In this document: piece after piece, positions 7,032-15,223 of the stretch
Numbering within the stretch: position 1 is the stretch's first letter
Layout: each line of letters begins with the position of its first letter
Source: Conexivisphaerales archaeon
Lineage (GTDB): Archaea > Thermoproteota > Nitrososphaeria > Conexivisphaerales > DTJL01
Direction: 5' to 3'
Assembly (NCBI GenBank): GCA_049509455.1
Contig: JBEKZX010000020.1
Location: 1-24,067 of the forward strand
Length of the DNA stretch: 24,067 nucleotides
Program-made: the position numbers and the translations under genes
The notes under the pieces: generated by a model
What the model saw: the letters and a program-made list of their open reading frames with translations, nothing else
Databases searched by the model: none
What the model was told of the DNA's origin: nothing

Positions 7032-8650
7032 GGAAGCTCCAGCTCATTGCGGATGGCGATGGCCACCGGGGGCTGAACGAGTATCTGAAAAGGCAGTACG
7101 TACTTCGTAGCGGAAGCCGAGACCAGGTTCTCCTTGGGCCCGGTCATCTTATAGCTGGACTTGAACAGGCGCACCAGCCGGACGACGGCCTCGGGGGAGT
7201 CCGCCGTTATGGCAGAGTAATAGAGGTACTCCACTATGTCCCAGGGCTGCTCCCCTCCCTCCTCCGCCTGCTCCAGGTCCACGATGTTGACTCCTTCTTC
7301 GTTTATCAGCACGTTGCTGGGCTTGGTGTCGCCTAGGCAGTAGCCGATGGAGTGGATCCTGCCCAGCACCTCGGCGAACTTCTGCACCTTAGCCAAGGCC
7401 GAGGGTTCCCCTCGCATCGCGGCCCTGGTCAGGGGCTCCAAGTTCTCCCCCTCGACGAACTCCTTAACGATCACCTTGTCGTCAGGCTCGACCAGGACCA
7501 CCCTAGGCGTGAGGGCCCCGGCCCTCTTGATGGAGATGGTTCCTTTGTACTCCCGGGCCATTCTGAGGAGGGGCTTCGACTCGAACTGCTTCGCGGTGAC
7601 GGTCATCATGTTGGCCACCACCCATTTGAAGCTCCAGAAGTCTTGGTACTTCTTGGCCACGAGCTTGGTCTCCCCGCCGGGGTGCTGGATGGTGTAGAGG
7701 GTGGCGGAGGAGAAGAAGTCTCCCATGCCCTCGGTCTTATACTGATAGGGCGAGCCTATGTTAAGCTCCGCGATGGCCTCCTTAATCCAGTCGGAGGAGA
7801 AGACGAGGCGGCCATGGGGAAGGCGGATGACGCTCTTGGGCTCCTCCAGTTCTGGAGGGAGCTTCTCGATCGCCCGGCTGCGGCTGATTTTCGAAGTGAG
7901 CTCTTTGAACGCTGTGTTGGCGCCCACCATGCCGGCGAAGCCGTGGGCGATATACTGCTTGACGCCTCGTTCGGCCACCCTGAGCGGCTCCGCGAAGAGG
8001 GGAGCCTTGATCTTCCTGCCAGCTTCCCTAGTGATGACGCAGTATTCGCCCTCTCGTCTGATGAACCCCTGTCTCACCAGTTCAGCGATGACACGCTCGA
8101 AGCCCGCGAGTGAGCTGGCGACGTTCGACTCCTGCTGGGGGCCGCTGTAGGTCTTCGCATAGGAGTAAATGACGGGCGGGTAGATGAAGGCGCGTTTCTT
8201 CAGCTTCTCGAACAGGAAGTAAGAAGGAGGGATGAGCATCTGCTCCGCGAAGACGTCGTATCTGTCGAAAAGCTCCTCGATAGCCTCGAGAACGACGCGG
8301 CGCTTAAGGCTGTCCTCTGCCCTCCGCAGGAATTCTCCCCCCTCCAGGTCCTCATGGACGTTCAGGAACCTCCCAGAGACGAACTCCCCCAGCGACGCCT
8401 CCTCGGCGTCCTTGATGAGGGCCTTTTCGTCCACCAGCAACGCAGAGTACTCCTTCCCTTCTATGCCGCCGTAGGCGTACTTCGAGTGGGGGCGGAGCTT
8501 GTCGACCACAACTATCAGGTCGTAGTCGCTGTCTGGCCTCGAATAGCCGGCGACCTTGGAGCCATAGGCTGCGATGGCCACTATCTTCCGGCCTTCGGCC
8601 GCACGCAGGGCCGCTCTCCGGACTGTCTCCTTCTCGTCTTCGCTCAGCAT
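7028..8650 (-). CDS. Fusion of a pol-beta-type minimal nucleotidyltransferase and a Bud32/RIO/Kdo-like kinase domain
   Basis: N-terminal YGSKVAGYSRPDSDYDLIVV (hGS-x-DxD). C-terminal TPRV...IVKEFVEG...LGRIHSIGYCLGDTKPSNVL...VDLEQA kinase catalytic and Mg-binding loops. Confidence 0.85.
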   Translation of the reverse strand: MLSEDEKETVRRAALRAAEGRKIVAIAAYGSKVAGYSRPDSDYDLIVVVDKLRPHSKYAYGGIEGKEYSALLVDEKALIKDAEEASLGEFVSGRFLNVHEDLEGGEFLRRAEDSLKRRVVLEAIEELFDRYDVFAEQMLIPPSYFLFEKLKKRAFIYPPVIYSYAKTYSGPQQESNVASSLAGFERVIAELVRQGFIRREGEYCVITREAGRKIKAPLFAEPLRVAERGVKQYIAHGFAGMVGANTAFKELTSKISRSRAIEKLPPELEEPKSVIRLPHGRLVFSSDWIKEAIAELNIGSPYQYKTEGMGDFFSSATLYTIQHPGGETKLVAKKYQDFWSFKWVVANMMTVTAKQFESKPLLRMAREYKGTISIKRAGALTPRVVLVEPDDKVIVKEFVEGENLEPLTRAAMRGEPSALAKVQKFAEVLGRIHSIGYCLGDTKPSNVLINEEGVNIVDLEQAEEGGEQPWDIVEYLYYSAITADSPEAVVRLVRLFKSSYKMTGPKENLVSASATKYVLPFQILVQPPVAIAIRNELELP

Positions 8651-9336
8651 CAGTCCTCCAACTCCCTGATTCTAGCGAGGGCGGCGTTGTCAAAGTCGGC
8701 GTTGAGCACGGCTTCAAGAGGTATCCTAGCCGAGTTGTCATCAGGGCGGACCACTGTAACCGGGAGCTTATTCTCATACCAATTCTTTATGGTCTTCTGG
8801 TTAAGGGCCTCGTCAGCGAAGCCCTCTTCGAACTTGACATCGATGAGCGTGGAGAGGCTCTTGAAACGCCCGAATATCTTCTGCGGCGGCATGGCCTCCT
8901 CCATGTCCCTATACGTCGCCTCGAACATGGTGGAGGCGGAGGGGGCCGAAATGGGTTGCTCCGTAAAGCGCCTGATGAGCTCGAGGTAATGGGTGAATTC
9001 GTGGGCCGCGACGGCAAGCATCGTCTTCTTGGACGCATAAAGGACCAGGGGGGCAGTGAACTCGATGAGGAGGTGTAGCCTATCGTTGAAGGCCACGGGG
9101 ACGTTCCTCGCGTAGTAGATGCCCGTCGCACCCACTTCCACGGAGGACCTGACCAATATCAGGAGGGGCTGTACGTAGTAAGGTGGATAGGACAGCCGGG
9201 CAGCCTTCTCCACCTTTTCAATGGATTCAATGAGAACCGACGACCTCTCTACCAACTTGCCATAAACCTCAGGTGGAAGCCTTCCAGATTGAAGCGCCTC
9301 TTTCGCCTTCGCCAGTGGATCCACCCGTAGGGACAT
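8650..9336 (-). CDS. Conserved hypothetical protein with HExxH (zincin-like) motif
   Basis: AHEFTHYLE motif. Resembles, from memory, a Nitrososphaerota conserved hypothetical family. Stop overlaps the next start (TGATG). ATG 9336 chosen because of TATA spacing. Confidence 0.75.
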   Translation of the reverse strand: MSLRVDPLAKAKEALQSGRLPPEVYGKLVERSSVLIESIEKVEKAARLSYPPYYVQPLLILVRSSVEVGATGIYYARNVPVAFNDRLHLLIEFTAPLVLYASKKTMLAVAAHEFTHYLELIRRFTEQPISAPSASTMFEATYRDMEEAMPPQKIFGRFKSLSTLIDVKFEEGFADEALNQKTIKNWYENKLPVTVVRPDDNSARIPLEAVLNADFDNAALARIRELED

Positions 9337-9362
9337 GTTCAGAAAAGCCACGGATGGAGAAC

Positions 9363-9374
9363 GTTAAAGGTTTT
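9363..9374 (-). promoter_or_regulatory. BRE + TATA for the HExxH / NTase-kinase operon
   Basis: Minus-strand AAAACC-TTTAAC, about 27 nt before ATG 9336. Confidence 0.55.
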
Positions 9375-9424
9375 GCTCCTGGAGCCTAGCTCTCGTTCGA
9401 CGGGAGCTCGTCCTTCCGTAAGGT

Positions 9425-10240
9425 ATGGTTCTTGACTCAATATCTATATCAAGTGGCTCGGTGAGCTCAGCTTCGCTGGGCCCTTCATTGAAATGTGAAG
9501 CCTGTGGAGTTGAAGAACCCTTCCCGTTCAAATGCGCCTACTGCGGAAGGTATTTCTGCGGAGAGCACAGGCTTCCAGAGAATCACGCCTGTGTGAAATA
9601 CGCCTACGCGCTGCCTCCCAAGCAGTACACCACCACCAACCAGGGAGACACCACGTTCATCCCAGGCCTCGGCGGCCAGATTTCGTCTCAGAGGGAGGCC
9701 GTGTCCTTCGCCATCGGGGCCGCGCTGGTCTGGCTCGTGGGCATATCTCTACTGGGGTTCGTCCTTGACAACACCGCCATACTCATCAACAGCGTCCTCT
9801 TCGTATTTGCCTTCCTGGGCCACGAATACTCTCACAGGCTGGCCGCCCATCACTTCGGCCTCTGGGCCGAGTTCAGGCTCAACCTTCTTGGCGCGGTGCT
9901 GACGGGTATCTCGATCATCCTACCCATAAAGTTCGTTGCGCCGGGGGCGGCCATGTTGGGAGGCTACAGCGACGACAGGACTTTGGGCTTGGTGGCCGTG
10001 TCAGGCCCGCTGGTCAATATTCTGATGTCGGTTGTATTGCTGCCCTTCGTCTTCACGTCGTCGGGGAGCTACCTCTGGCCGGCCTTCTACGTAAGCTCGT
10101 TCATCGCCGTCTTCAACCTGATCCCCGTAGCCATCCTCGACGGCAAGAAGGTGTTCGACTGGAGCAAGGGCGTGTGGGCGCTGATGTTCGCCATATCGGT
10201 CGTCTTCTTGGCGGTCGCCTGGTTCACCTGGCTCGCCTAG
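9425..10240 (+). CDS. AN1-type zinc finger fused to an M50 (site-2 protease) intramembrane metallopeptidase
   Basis: CEAC...CAYCGRYFCGEHRLPENHAC AN1 finger, HEYSH, AVSGPLVN and FNLIP...LDG motifs, with multiple hydrophobic helices. Confidence 0.9.
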   Translation: MVLDSISISSGSVSSASLGPSLKCEACGVEEPFPFKCAYCGRYFCGEHRLPENHACVKYAYALPPKQYTTTNQGDTTFIPGLGGQISSQREAVSFAIGAALVWLVGISLLGFVLDNTAILINSVLFVFAFLGHEYSHRLAAHHFGLWAEFRLNLLGAVLTGISIILPIKFVAPGAAMLGGYSDDRTLGLVAVSGPLVNILMSVVLLPFVFTSSGSYLWPAFYVSSFIAVFNLIPVAILDGKKVFDWSKGVWALMFAISVVFLAVAWFTWLA

Positions 10241-10247
10241 GCCCCGT

Positions 10248-10892
10248 TCATGGGATGCCTATCTCTTCCACGATCAGCCTGCCGGCTACGTCCGGCCTGC
10301 TGAGCAGGCCTGGCTTCGGAGCGTGCAGGGTTACGGTGACGTCGGCCTTCACGACCATGCCATGATCCTCCCCGGTGTCGGAGTCGAGGCCGGAGGGGAC
10401 ATCGACGGCGATCCTCAGGGCCTTTGCGTCGTTCGTCATCCTGATGGCCGAAGCCTGAGGCTCCCCCACGTTTCCTTTCACGCCCGTCCCGAATATCGCG
10501 TCTATTAGAACCTGACTCGAGTCGAAGAGGGGGCTCAGCGCGTGAAGCTCTTCAGCGGTGGCCGCCTCTACGACCTTGATGTCCTCCATCCTCGAAAGGA
10601 CCCGCCATTGGAGCATTGCCTCTTCGGTCTTGACCCTGTCACGACTTCCCAGCAGTATGACGGTGACGGAGGCTCGTCCGTGGAGGTGGCGCGCTGCCGC
10701 GGCCCCGTCTCCACCGTTGTTGCCCGTGCCGGCGACAACCAGCACGACAGGCTTCAGCCTCAGGTCGTAGAAGAGGCCCACGGTCCCTGCTAGGGCCTTC
10801 CCGGCGCTTTCCATCAACAGAAGCTTGGAAATACCCTTGGCGGAGGCGGCGTCCTCCGCCCTTTTCATAGAAGATGCGTCGACAGTCTTCAC
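10248..10892 (-). CDS. nnrE: NAD(P)H-hydrate epimerase (stand-alone YjeF_N)
   Basis: LMESAG, GTGNNGGDG, IDAIFGTG, AVDVPSG and ADVTVTL motifs. GTG start overlaps the upstream stop. Confidence 0.93.
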   Translation of the reverse strand: MKTVDASSMKRAEDAASAKGISKLLLMESAGKALAGTVGLFYDLRLKPVVLVVAGTGNNGGDGAAAARHLHGRASVTVILLGSRDRVKTEEAMLQWRVLSRMEDIKVVEAATAEELHALSPLFDSSQVLIDAIFGTGVKGNVGEPQASAIRMTNDAKALRIAVDVPSGLDSDTGEDHGMVVKADVTVTLHAPKPGLLSRPDVAGRLIVEEIGIP

Positions 10893-11701
10893 TTTCCGGC
10901 ACCAAGGATGCCGACGGTGCAGGCGGAGACCCCCCTATCCCTCAGCGCCTTGACAAAGGGGTTTATGCCGACGGAGTCACCCGACTCATGGCCCAAGAGG
11001 ACCAGGTTCTTGCTGGTCGGATCGTCCTTGAGCTTCTTCAACTCTTCCCCGTCGATGTGCATGTAGATGAGGGTGTCGACGCCATGAGTGAAGTAGGCCT
11101 TGCCGATGGCGTATCCGCCGTTGGTGCCCGCGGCGACGGCCAGCTTAGTCCTGCCTCGCTTGGCCGCTGGGTCCCCGAGGACGATTTCGGGCTTGATTTC
11201 AGATATCCTGTATTCGGGGAGGGTGAAGAGCGCTCCCACCACGTCCTGCACATTCGGCCCTGCGTTCATTAGAGCGGCATCCATGATGTGCCGCCCTATC
11301 TCGTCGCAGGGAAGGTGGACATTCATAAGAGGCATCTTCATCTTCTCCGCTGCCTCGACAACCTGATTGTAGATGGAAGGATGCGCCTTCAGCCTGACCT
11401 TCTTCATGAGCTGTTCGACGGCCGCCTCGGCCTCCTTCTTGGGGACTCCTTCTTCCCTGAGAAACTCGACATGCCTGGAGAGGACCTTGTAGAAGTTAAC
11501 GCTGGTCTTTCCCAGCGGATGATGAGAGATTACGCTATCGCAGCCCATCTCCCTAGCCATGAGCAGCTCTCCTAAGCCAACGTCAATGGAGATCCACGGC
11601 CTTGAGATCTCTCCTCCAGGAACCTGGATACCGGTGTCAGCCGGGACCTCCTTGAATCCCGACAGCTTCAGCGACATTTCGATGATCTCCCTCTGGTTCA
11701 A
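10889..11701 (-). CDS. Nif3-like dinuclear metal-centre protein
   Basis: IDVG, SHHP, NVHLPCD, YMHI and GHESGDSVG metal-ligand pattern. TTG 11701 inferred as start, since the longer ORF runs through the divergent promoter. Confidence 0.65.
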   Translation of the reverse strand: MNQREIIEMSLKLSGFKEVPADTGIQVPGGEISRPWISIDVGLGELLMAREMGCDSVISHHPLGKTSVNFYKVLSRHVEFLREEGVPKKEAEAAVEQLMKKVRLKAHPSIYNQVVEAAEKMKMPLMNVHLPCDEIGRHIMDAALMNAGPNVQDVVGALFTLPEYRISEIKPEIVLGDPAAKRGRTKLAVAAGTNGGYAIGKAYFTHGVDTLIYMHIDGEELKKLKDDPTSKNLVLLGHESGDSVGINPFVKALRDRGVSACTVGILGAGK

Positions 11702-11738
11702 GAAAGCGCGCCTTTCTGCCTCGGTAAGCCTCCTACGC

Positions 11739-11746
11739 CTTTTAAG
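11739..11746. promoter_or_regulatory. Shared bidirectional TATA (Nif3-like / DUF62)
   Basis: CTTTTAAG is the only AT-rich element between the divergent genes. It lies about 25-30 nt before ATG 11771 (+) and about 40 nt before TTG 11701 (-). Confidence 0.55.
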
Positions 11747-11770
11747 CGTGGTGCTTCTTGTGCCAGGTGA

Positions 11771-12562
11771 ATGAAGCTGATTGCTCTGCTGACGGACTAT
11801 GGTCTGTCTGACCACTACGTCGGAGTCATCAAGGGCGTAATCAAGGGGATTTCACCAAAGACGGAGATCATCGATATCACACATGAGGTGAAGGCGTATG
11901 ACGTCAGGGACGGGGCCTTCCTCCTACTGCAGGCTTCCAAGTTCCTCCCAAGGGACTGCGTCGTAGTGGCAGTGGTGGATCCTGGAGTCAACACCCGGAG
12001 GAGGGCGATCGCTGTCGAGACCAAGGAGAGGGTATACTTAGGGCCTGACAATGGCCTCCTTTATCCTGCAGCCTCGCGTGAAGGCATAGTCTCCGTATAC
12101 GACATTGGGAAGGGGCCACATGTGCTTTCAGATTCAACGACTTTTGCGGGACGTGACATCTTCGCCCCCGCCGCGGCACATGTTAGCTCGGGGACGGCCC
12201 TGAGCAGTCTAGGGAGGAAGGTCAGTGGGATGGCGGTAATGGAGCTCACTGGCGCCATGTTCACGGAAGATGCCGTCGAGGGGATGATCCTTCACATTGA
12301 TCGGTTTGGAAACGCGGTTTCAAACATCGAAGGCGACAGTTTTCACAGATGGAGCCGTGGGGCATCCCTCTTCAGGCTGCGCTCGGGCTACAAGGTGGCG
12401 AAGGTTCGACTTGTGTCTTCATATCAAGAGATAAGGGGGGTCGGGCTGGTGGTAGGGAGTGGTGGAACGCTCGAGGTGTCGGGCAGAGAAGAGAGACCGG
12501 ACGTCGTGCTGTCGCCAACTGGCCGGTTCTCGATAGAGCGCGACGGAAAGCGAACCCATTAG
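11771..12562 (+). CDS. DUF62 / SAM hydroxide adenosyltransferase (chlorinase/fluorinase superfamily)
   Basis: LTDYG, DITH, VVDPGV, GPDNGLL, TFAGRDIFAP and HIDRFGN motifs. Confidence 0.92.
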   Translation: MKLIALLTDYGLSDHYVGVIKGVIKGISPKTEIIDITHEVKAYDVRDGAFLLLQASKFLPRDCVVVAVVDPGVNTRRRAIAVETKERVYLGPDNGLLYPAASREGIVSVYDIGKGPHVLSDSTTFAGRDIFAPAAAHVSSGTALSSLGRKVSGMAVMELTGAMFTEDAVEGMILHIDRFGNAVSNIEGDSFHRWSRGASLFRLRSGYKVAKVRLVSSYQEIRGVGLVVGSGGTLEVSGREERPDVVLSPTGRFSIERDGKRTH

Positions 12563-12649
12563 TGCATCGCGGTTGTCGTCTTTGTGAAAAGTTGTTGGCG
12601 GGGTTACCTATTTAAGCCGAGCCGAGTTATTACTAGAGCTGCTGGGTCT

Positions 12650-12961
12650 TTGGTGTCTGTTAACAACACTGTGACCGACATCGTGTCCAGGACACTCACT
12701 GACCTTTTCGGGCAACAGACCGCTGGCACGGTCTTCGCCTTCTGTGAGAAGAACGGCCTCCCCGTCGCATTAATCCCCCAGCGTCTGGTTCCCTTCGGAC
12801 AAATCCTGAACTCTCTCCTGGGCGAGGTGACGGCCGCATCGGTTTGTAACCTCATTGCCCGCAACATTCTGGCGGAGTTCCACATGACCATCACGGGAGA
12901 CCAGCCGACCCTGGAGGAGGCTTCTCGCGTGGTCTGGAATCAGCGCAGGCTGAAAGTCTAG
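12650..12961 (+). CDS. Small hypothetical helical protein
   Basis: Protein-like ~100-aa ORF. TATA-like TTTAAG at 12611-12616 supports a start at TTG 12650 or GTG 12653 rather than 12584. Confidence 0.6.
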   Translation: MVSVNNTVTDIVSRTLTDLFGQQTAGTVFAFCEKNGLPVALIPQRLVPFGQILNSLLGEVTAASVCNLIARNILAEFHMTITGDQPTLEEASRVVWNQRRLKV

Positions 12962-12976
12962 CGGCCTGGCGAAAGC

Positions 12977-13453
12977 CTAGAATTCGGTCCCGCCTTCTAT
13001 CCGCTTCAGCCATGCCCTGTGGTTGCGGAAGTCCGGGCATTCCTGCTCCACCAGGCTCCAGAATCGTTTTGAGTGGTTGGGCTCCTTCAAATGCATGAGC
13101 TCATGAAGCACGACGTAGTCGATGACCTCCTGCGGCGCCGTGGCCAGCTTGAAGTTGAAGCTCAGGTTCCCTCGACTCGAGCAACTCCCCCACCGCGTCC
13201 GCTGCTCACGTATCATTATCGTATTGACCTTGAGGCCGAGCCGACGGCTTATGCGCCAGACGCTCTGTCTTATGACGATGTTCGCCTCGGCCCGGTACCA
13301 CCTCTTGATGGCGCGCTTGATCTCGGCGGCTGTCGCCTTGGGGACGAAGATAACGGCTCGGCCGTCTTCAAGGCGGACCTTCGACCGGGGGTTGTCGTCA
13401 GCGACGACCAAGACGGGGTATTCCTTGCCTCTGAAGAGGACTCTGTCGATCAC
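12977..13453 (-). CDS. YgjP/DUF45 (SprT-like, often labelled M48) metal-dependent hydrolase, short form
   Basis: QRTRWGSCS, DYVVLHELMHL (HExxH) and NHSKRFW motifs. The start is uncertain; GTG 13453 is the first plausible in-frame start before family-like sequence. Confidence 0.8.
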   Translation of the reverse strand: MIDRVLFRGKEYPVLVVADDNPRSKVRLEDGRAVIFVPKATAAEIKRAIKRWYRAEANIVIRQSVWRISRRLGLKVNTIMIREQRTRWGSCSSRGNLSFNFKLATAPQEVIDYVVLHELMHLKEPNHSKRFWSLVEQECPDFRNHRAWLKRIEGGTEF

Positions 13454-13758
13454 CGACGACCTTGCCTTTATCGGGAAAGGACACCAGAGCTCATAACGCT
13501 TGTGGTGGCCAATTGGATGCAGGGCGTCTGGAGCCTTAGCGGTGGCATTAAATGCTGGGGAGAGGGATGGCCGCCTCCTCCTTGTTGCGAAGAAGACGAC
13601 CCTCCGAGCGACGGCGGCTCGCGTTGCCCGTGTCAAAGCATGAGTAAACTATAGTGCTTACTTCTCATAAACGATGTGATAGGAAAGGGCCATCAATTCA
13701 AAGGCGGAATTCTGCCATGGCCTCCGTTGGCGATCAGTCCATCAAGGAAGGAGAGGAC

Positions 13759-14655
13759 CTACTGCCTCTCGGCGCTCTTAGGGACTTCGGTGGTTACGCC
13801 GGCAGTCTCGGGCATGACCTCTGCGCTGACCTTGTGTTTTAGGGGATGCGTGGGCTCGGCCTTGTCGAGGAGCTTCGTCAGCCTGAGATGCTCGTTTGTG
13901 CCACCACGTCGAACCTTGACTATCTCCGCAATGATCGAGATGGCTATCTCTTCGGGCGTTTCGGCGCCGATGTCCAGCCCCACGGGGGCGTATATCTGGA
14001 AGAGCTTCTCCGCCGGAATCCCTTCCTTGAGGAGGTCCTTGTACGCCGTGCTGACGCGGTTCTTGCTGCCGACCATGCCGATATACCGGGCTTTGGTGTC
14101 GAGGACGGAGCGCAACGCCTCCACGTCGTACCGATGCTCGGTGATGACGAGGACGCTATCGTACGAAGTGACCTTGACCTCCTTGATCTTCTGCAGGACG
14201 TCCTGCGTGTATATCTCGGCATTGGGGAAGGCCGACTCAGTAGCGAAGGGATCTAACACCATCATCCGGTGCCCAAGTATTTCGCCGATCTTATAACAGG
14301 CCCTCGCGATGTTGCCCGACCCAAAAATGATCAGGCGCTCGGTGGGCTCAACAAGCTCCATGGCGACCTTGACGGTGCCGCCGCAGGCCATGCCGAGGCC
14401 ACTCCAGCTCTCGTCGCCAAGATTGAAGGTCTTGACGTGGGTCTGGCCATCTTCGAAGACGAAGCGCGCTTCGCGGACGACATATTTTTCGACGCAGCCG
14501 CCGCCGATGGTGCCGATGGTGGGCCCCGTCTCAGGGATGACCATCTTCGTGCTGACGCCCCTCGGAACGGAGCCGTCAGCTTCAATCACTGTGGCGACCA
14601 CCACACGAGTGCCGTCCGCCACCATTCTAGATACGATGGTGAAGATGTCTTCCAT
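13759..14655 (-). CDS. XdhC/CoxI family Mo-cofactor chaperone
   Basis: GSVPR, GTIGGGCVE, GMACGG, IFGSG, YIGMVGS and APVGLDIGAETPEEIAISIIAE motifs. Confidence 0.95.
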   Translation of the reverse strand: MEDIFTIVSRMVADGTRVVVATVIEADGSVPRGVSTKMVIPETGPTIGTIGGGCVEKYVVREARFVFEDGQTHVKTFNLGDESWSGLGMACGGTVKVAMELVEPTERLIIFGSGNIARACYKIGEILGHRMMVLDPFATESAFPNAEIYTQDVLQKIKEVKVTSYDSVLVITEHRYDVEALRSVLDTKARYIGMVGSKNRVSTAYKDLLKEGIPAEKLFQIYAPVGLDIGAETPEEIAISIIAEIVKVRRGGTNEHLRLTKLLDKAEPTHPLKHKVSAEVMPETAGVTTEVPKSAERQ

Positions 14656-14677
14656 GTCCCTACACTGATTTCGCCTG

Positions 14678-14974
14678 TCAGTCCCACCTTTGTCCGCAGG
14701 GGCCGATAGCCGGGAGGGGCTTCTCGGCCAGCTTTTCGGGCGACTTCCTCAGGACCAGGTGGAAGTCCGCTCCCTCCTCTCTCGAGGAGATGATCTCCTG
14801 GCCGTGATTCCAACAGTACTTCAGGACGTTCTCCTTCGACGTGTGGTCGTTGACCACGATTTCGACGACCTCGCCCAGCTGGGCTTTCTCGATGGCACGC
14901 TTGGTCATAAGAATGGGTCTCGGGCAGGGTTCATTCCTGGCATCGACGACCGACTGGGCAACTAGTTCGTCCAT
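14678..14974 (-). CDS. TusA/SirA family sulfurtransferase with C-terminal extension
   Basis: VDARNEPCPRP (CPxP) motif and typical fold length; GGAGAAGG RBS upstream. Confidence 0.9.
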   Translation of the reverse strand: MDELVAQSVVDARNEPCPRPILMTKRAIEKAQLGEVVEIVVNDHTSKENVLKYCWNHGQEIISSREEGADFHLVLRKSPEKLAEKPLPAIGPCGQRWD

Positions 14975-15004
14975 TAGTAACCTTCTCCGTTTACGTACCA
15001 GTAG

Positions 15005-15011
15005 CTTAAAA
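15005..15011 (-). promoter_or_regulatory. TATA box for tusA-xdhC
   Basis: Minus-strand TTTTAAG, about 30 nt before ATG 14974. Confidence 0.5.
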
Positions 15012-15223
15012 TGTTATCCATGAGCGTGATATATGAAATAAATACAATATGAACTGCCGGCGCAGGTTCTTGCAAGCGGGGGACAGGCAGACGGCGCGCC
15101 CGTCGGGGAGGGAATGCCAGCATCAGGGTACCGAAACGGAAGTCACGGCCAATACTGATGCTTTCTACACTCCGTTTACAATATTAATATAGCTCGAAAG
15201 CTACTTATTACCTCTAGTGCACC

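Noticed and set aside
11702-11815. 38-aa N-terminal extension of the Nif3-like ORF
   Set aside because: Runs through the divergent promoter and overlaps the DUF62 gene; family-like sequence begins at TTG 11701.
13499-13575. tRNA-like D-arm (TGGCCAATTGGAT...GGCG)
   Set aside because: No acceptor-stem complement and no T-loop.
15105-15170. Fluoride or Moco riboswitch (CTGATGCTTTCTAC, GAAAC)
   Set aside because: Only the 3' fragment resembles the crcB motif; the 5' pseudoknot strand and the Moco consensus are missing.
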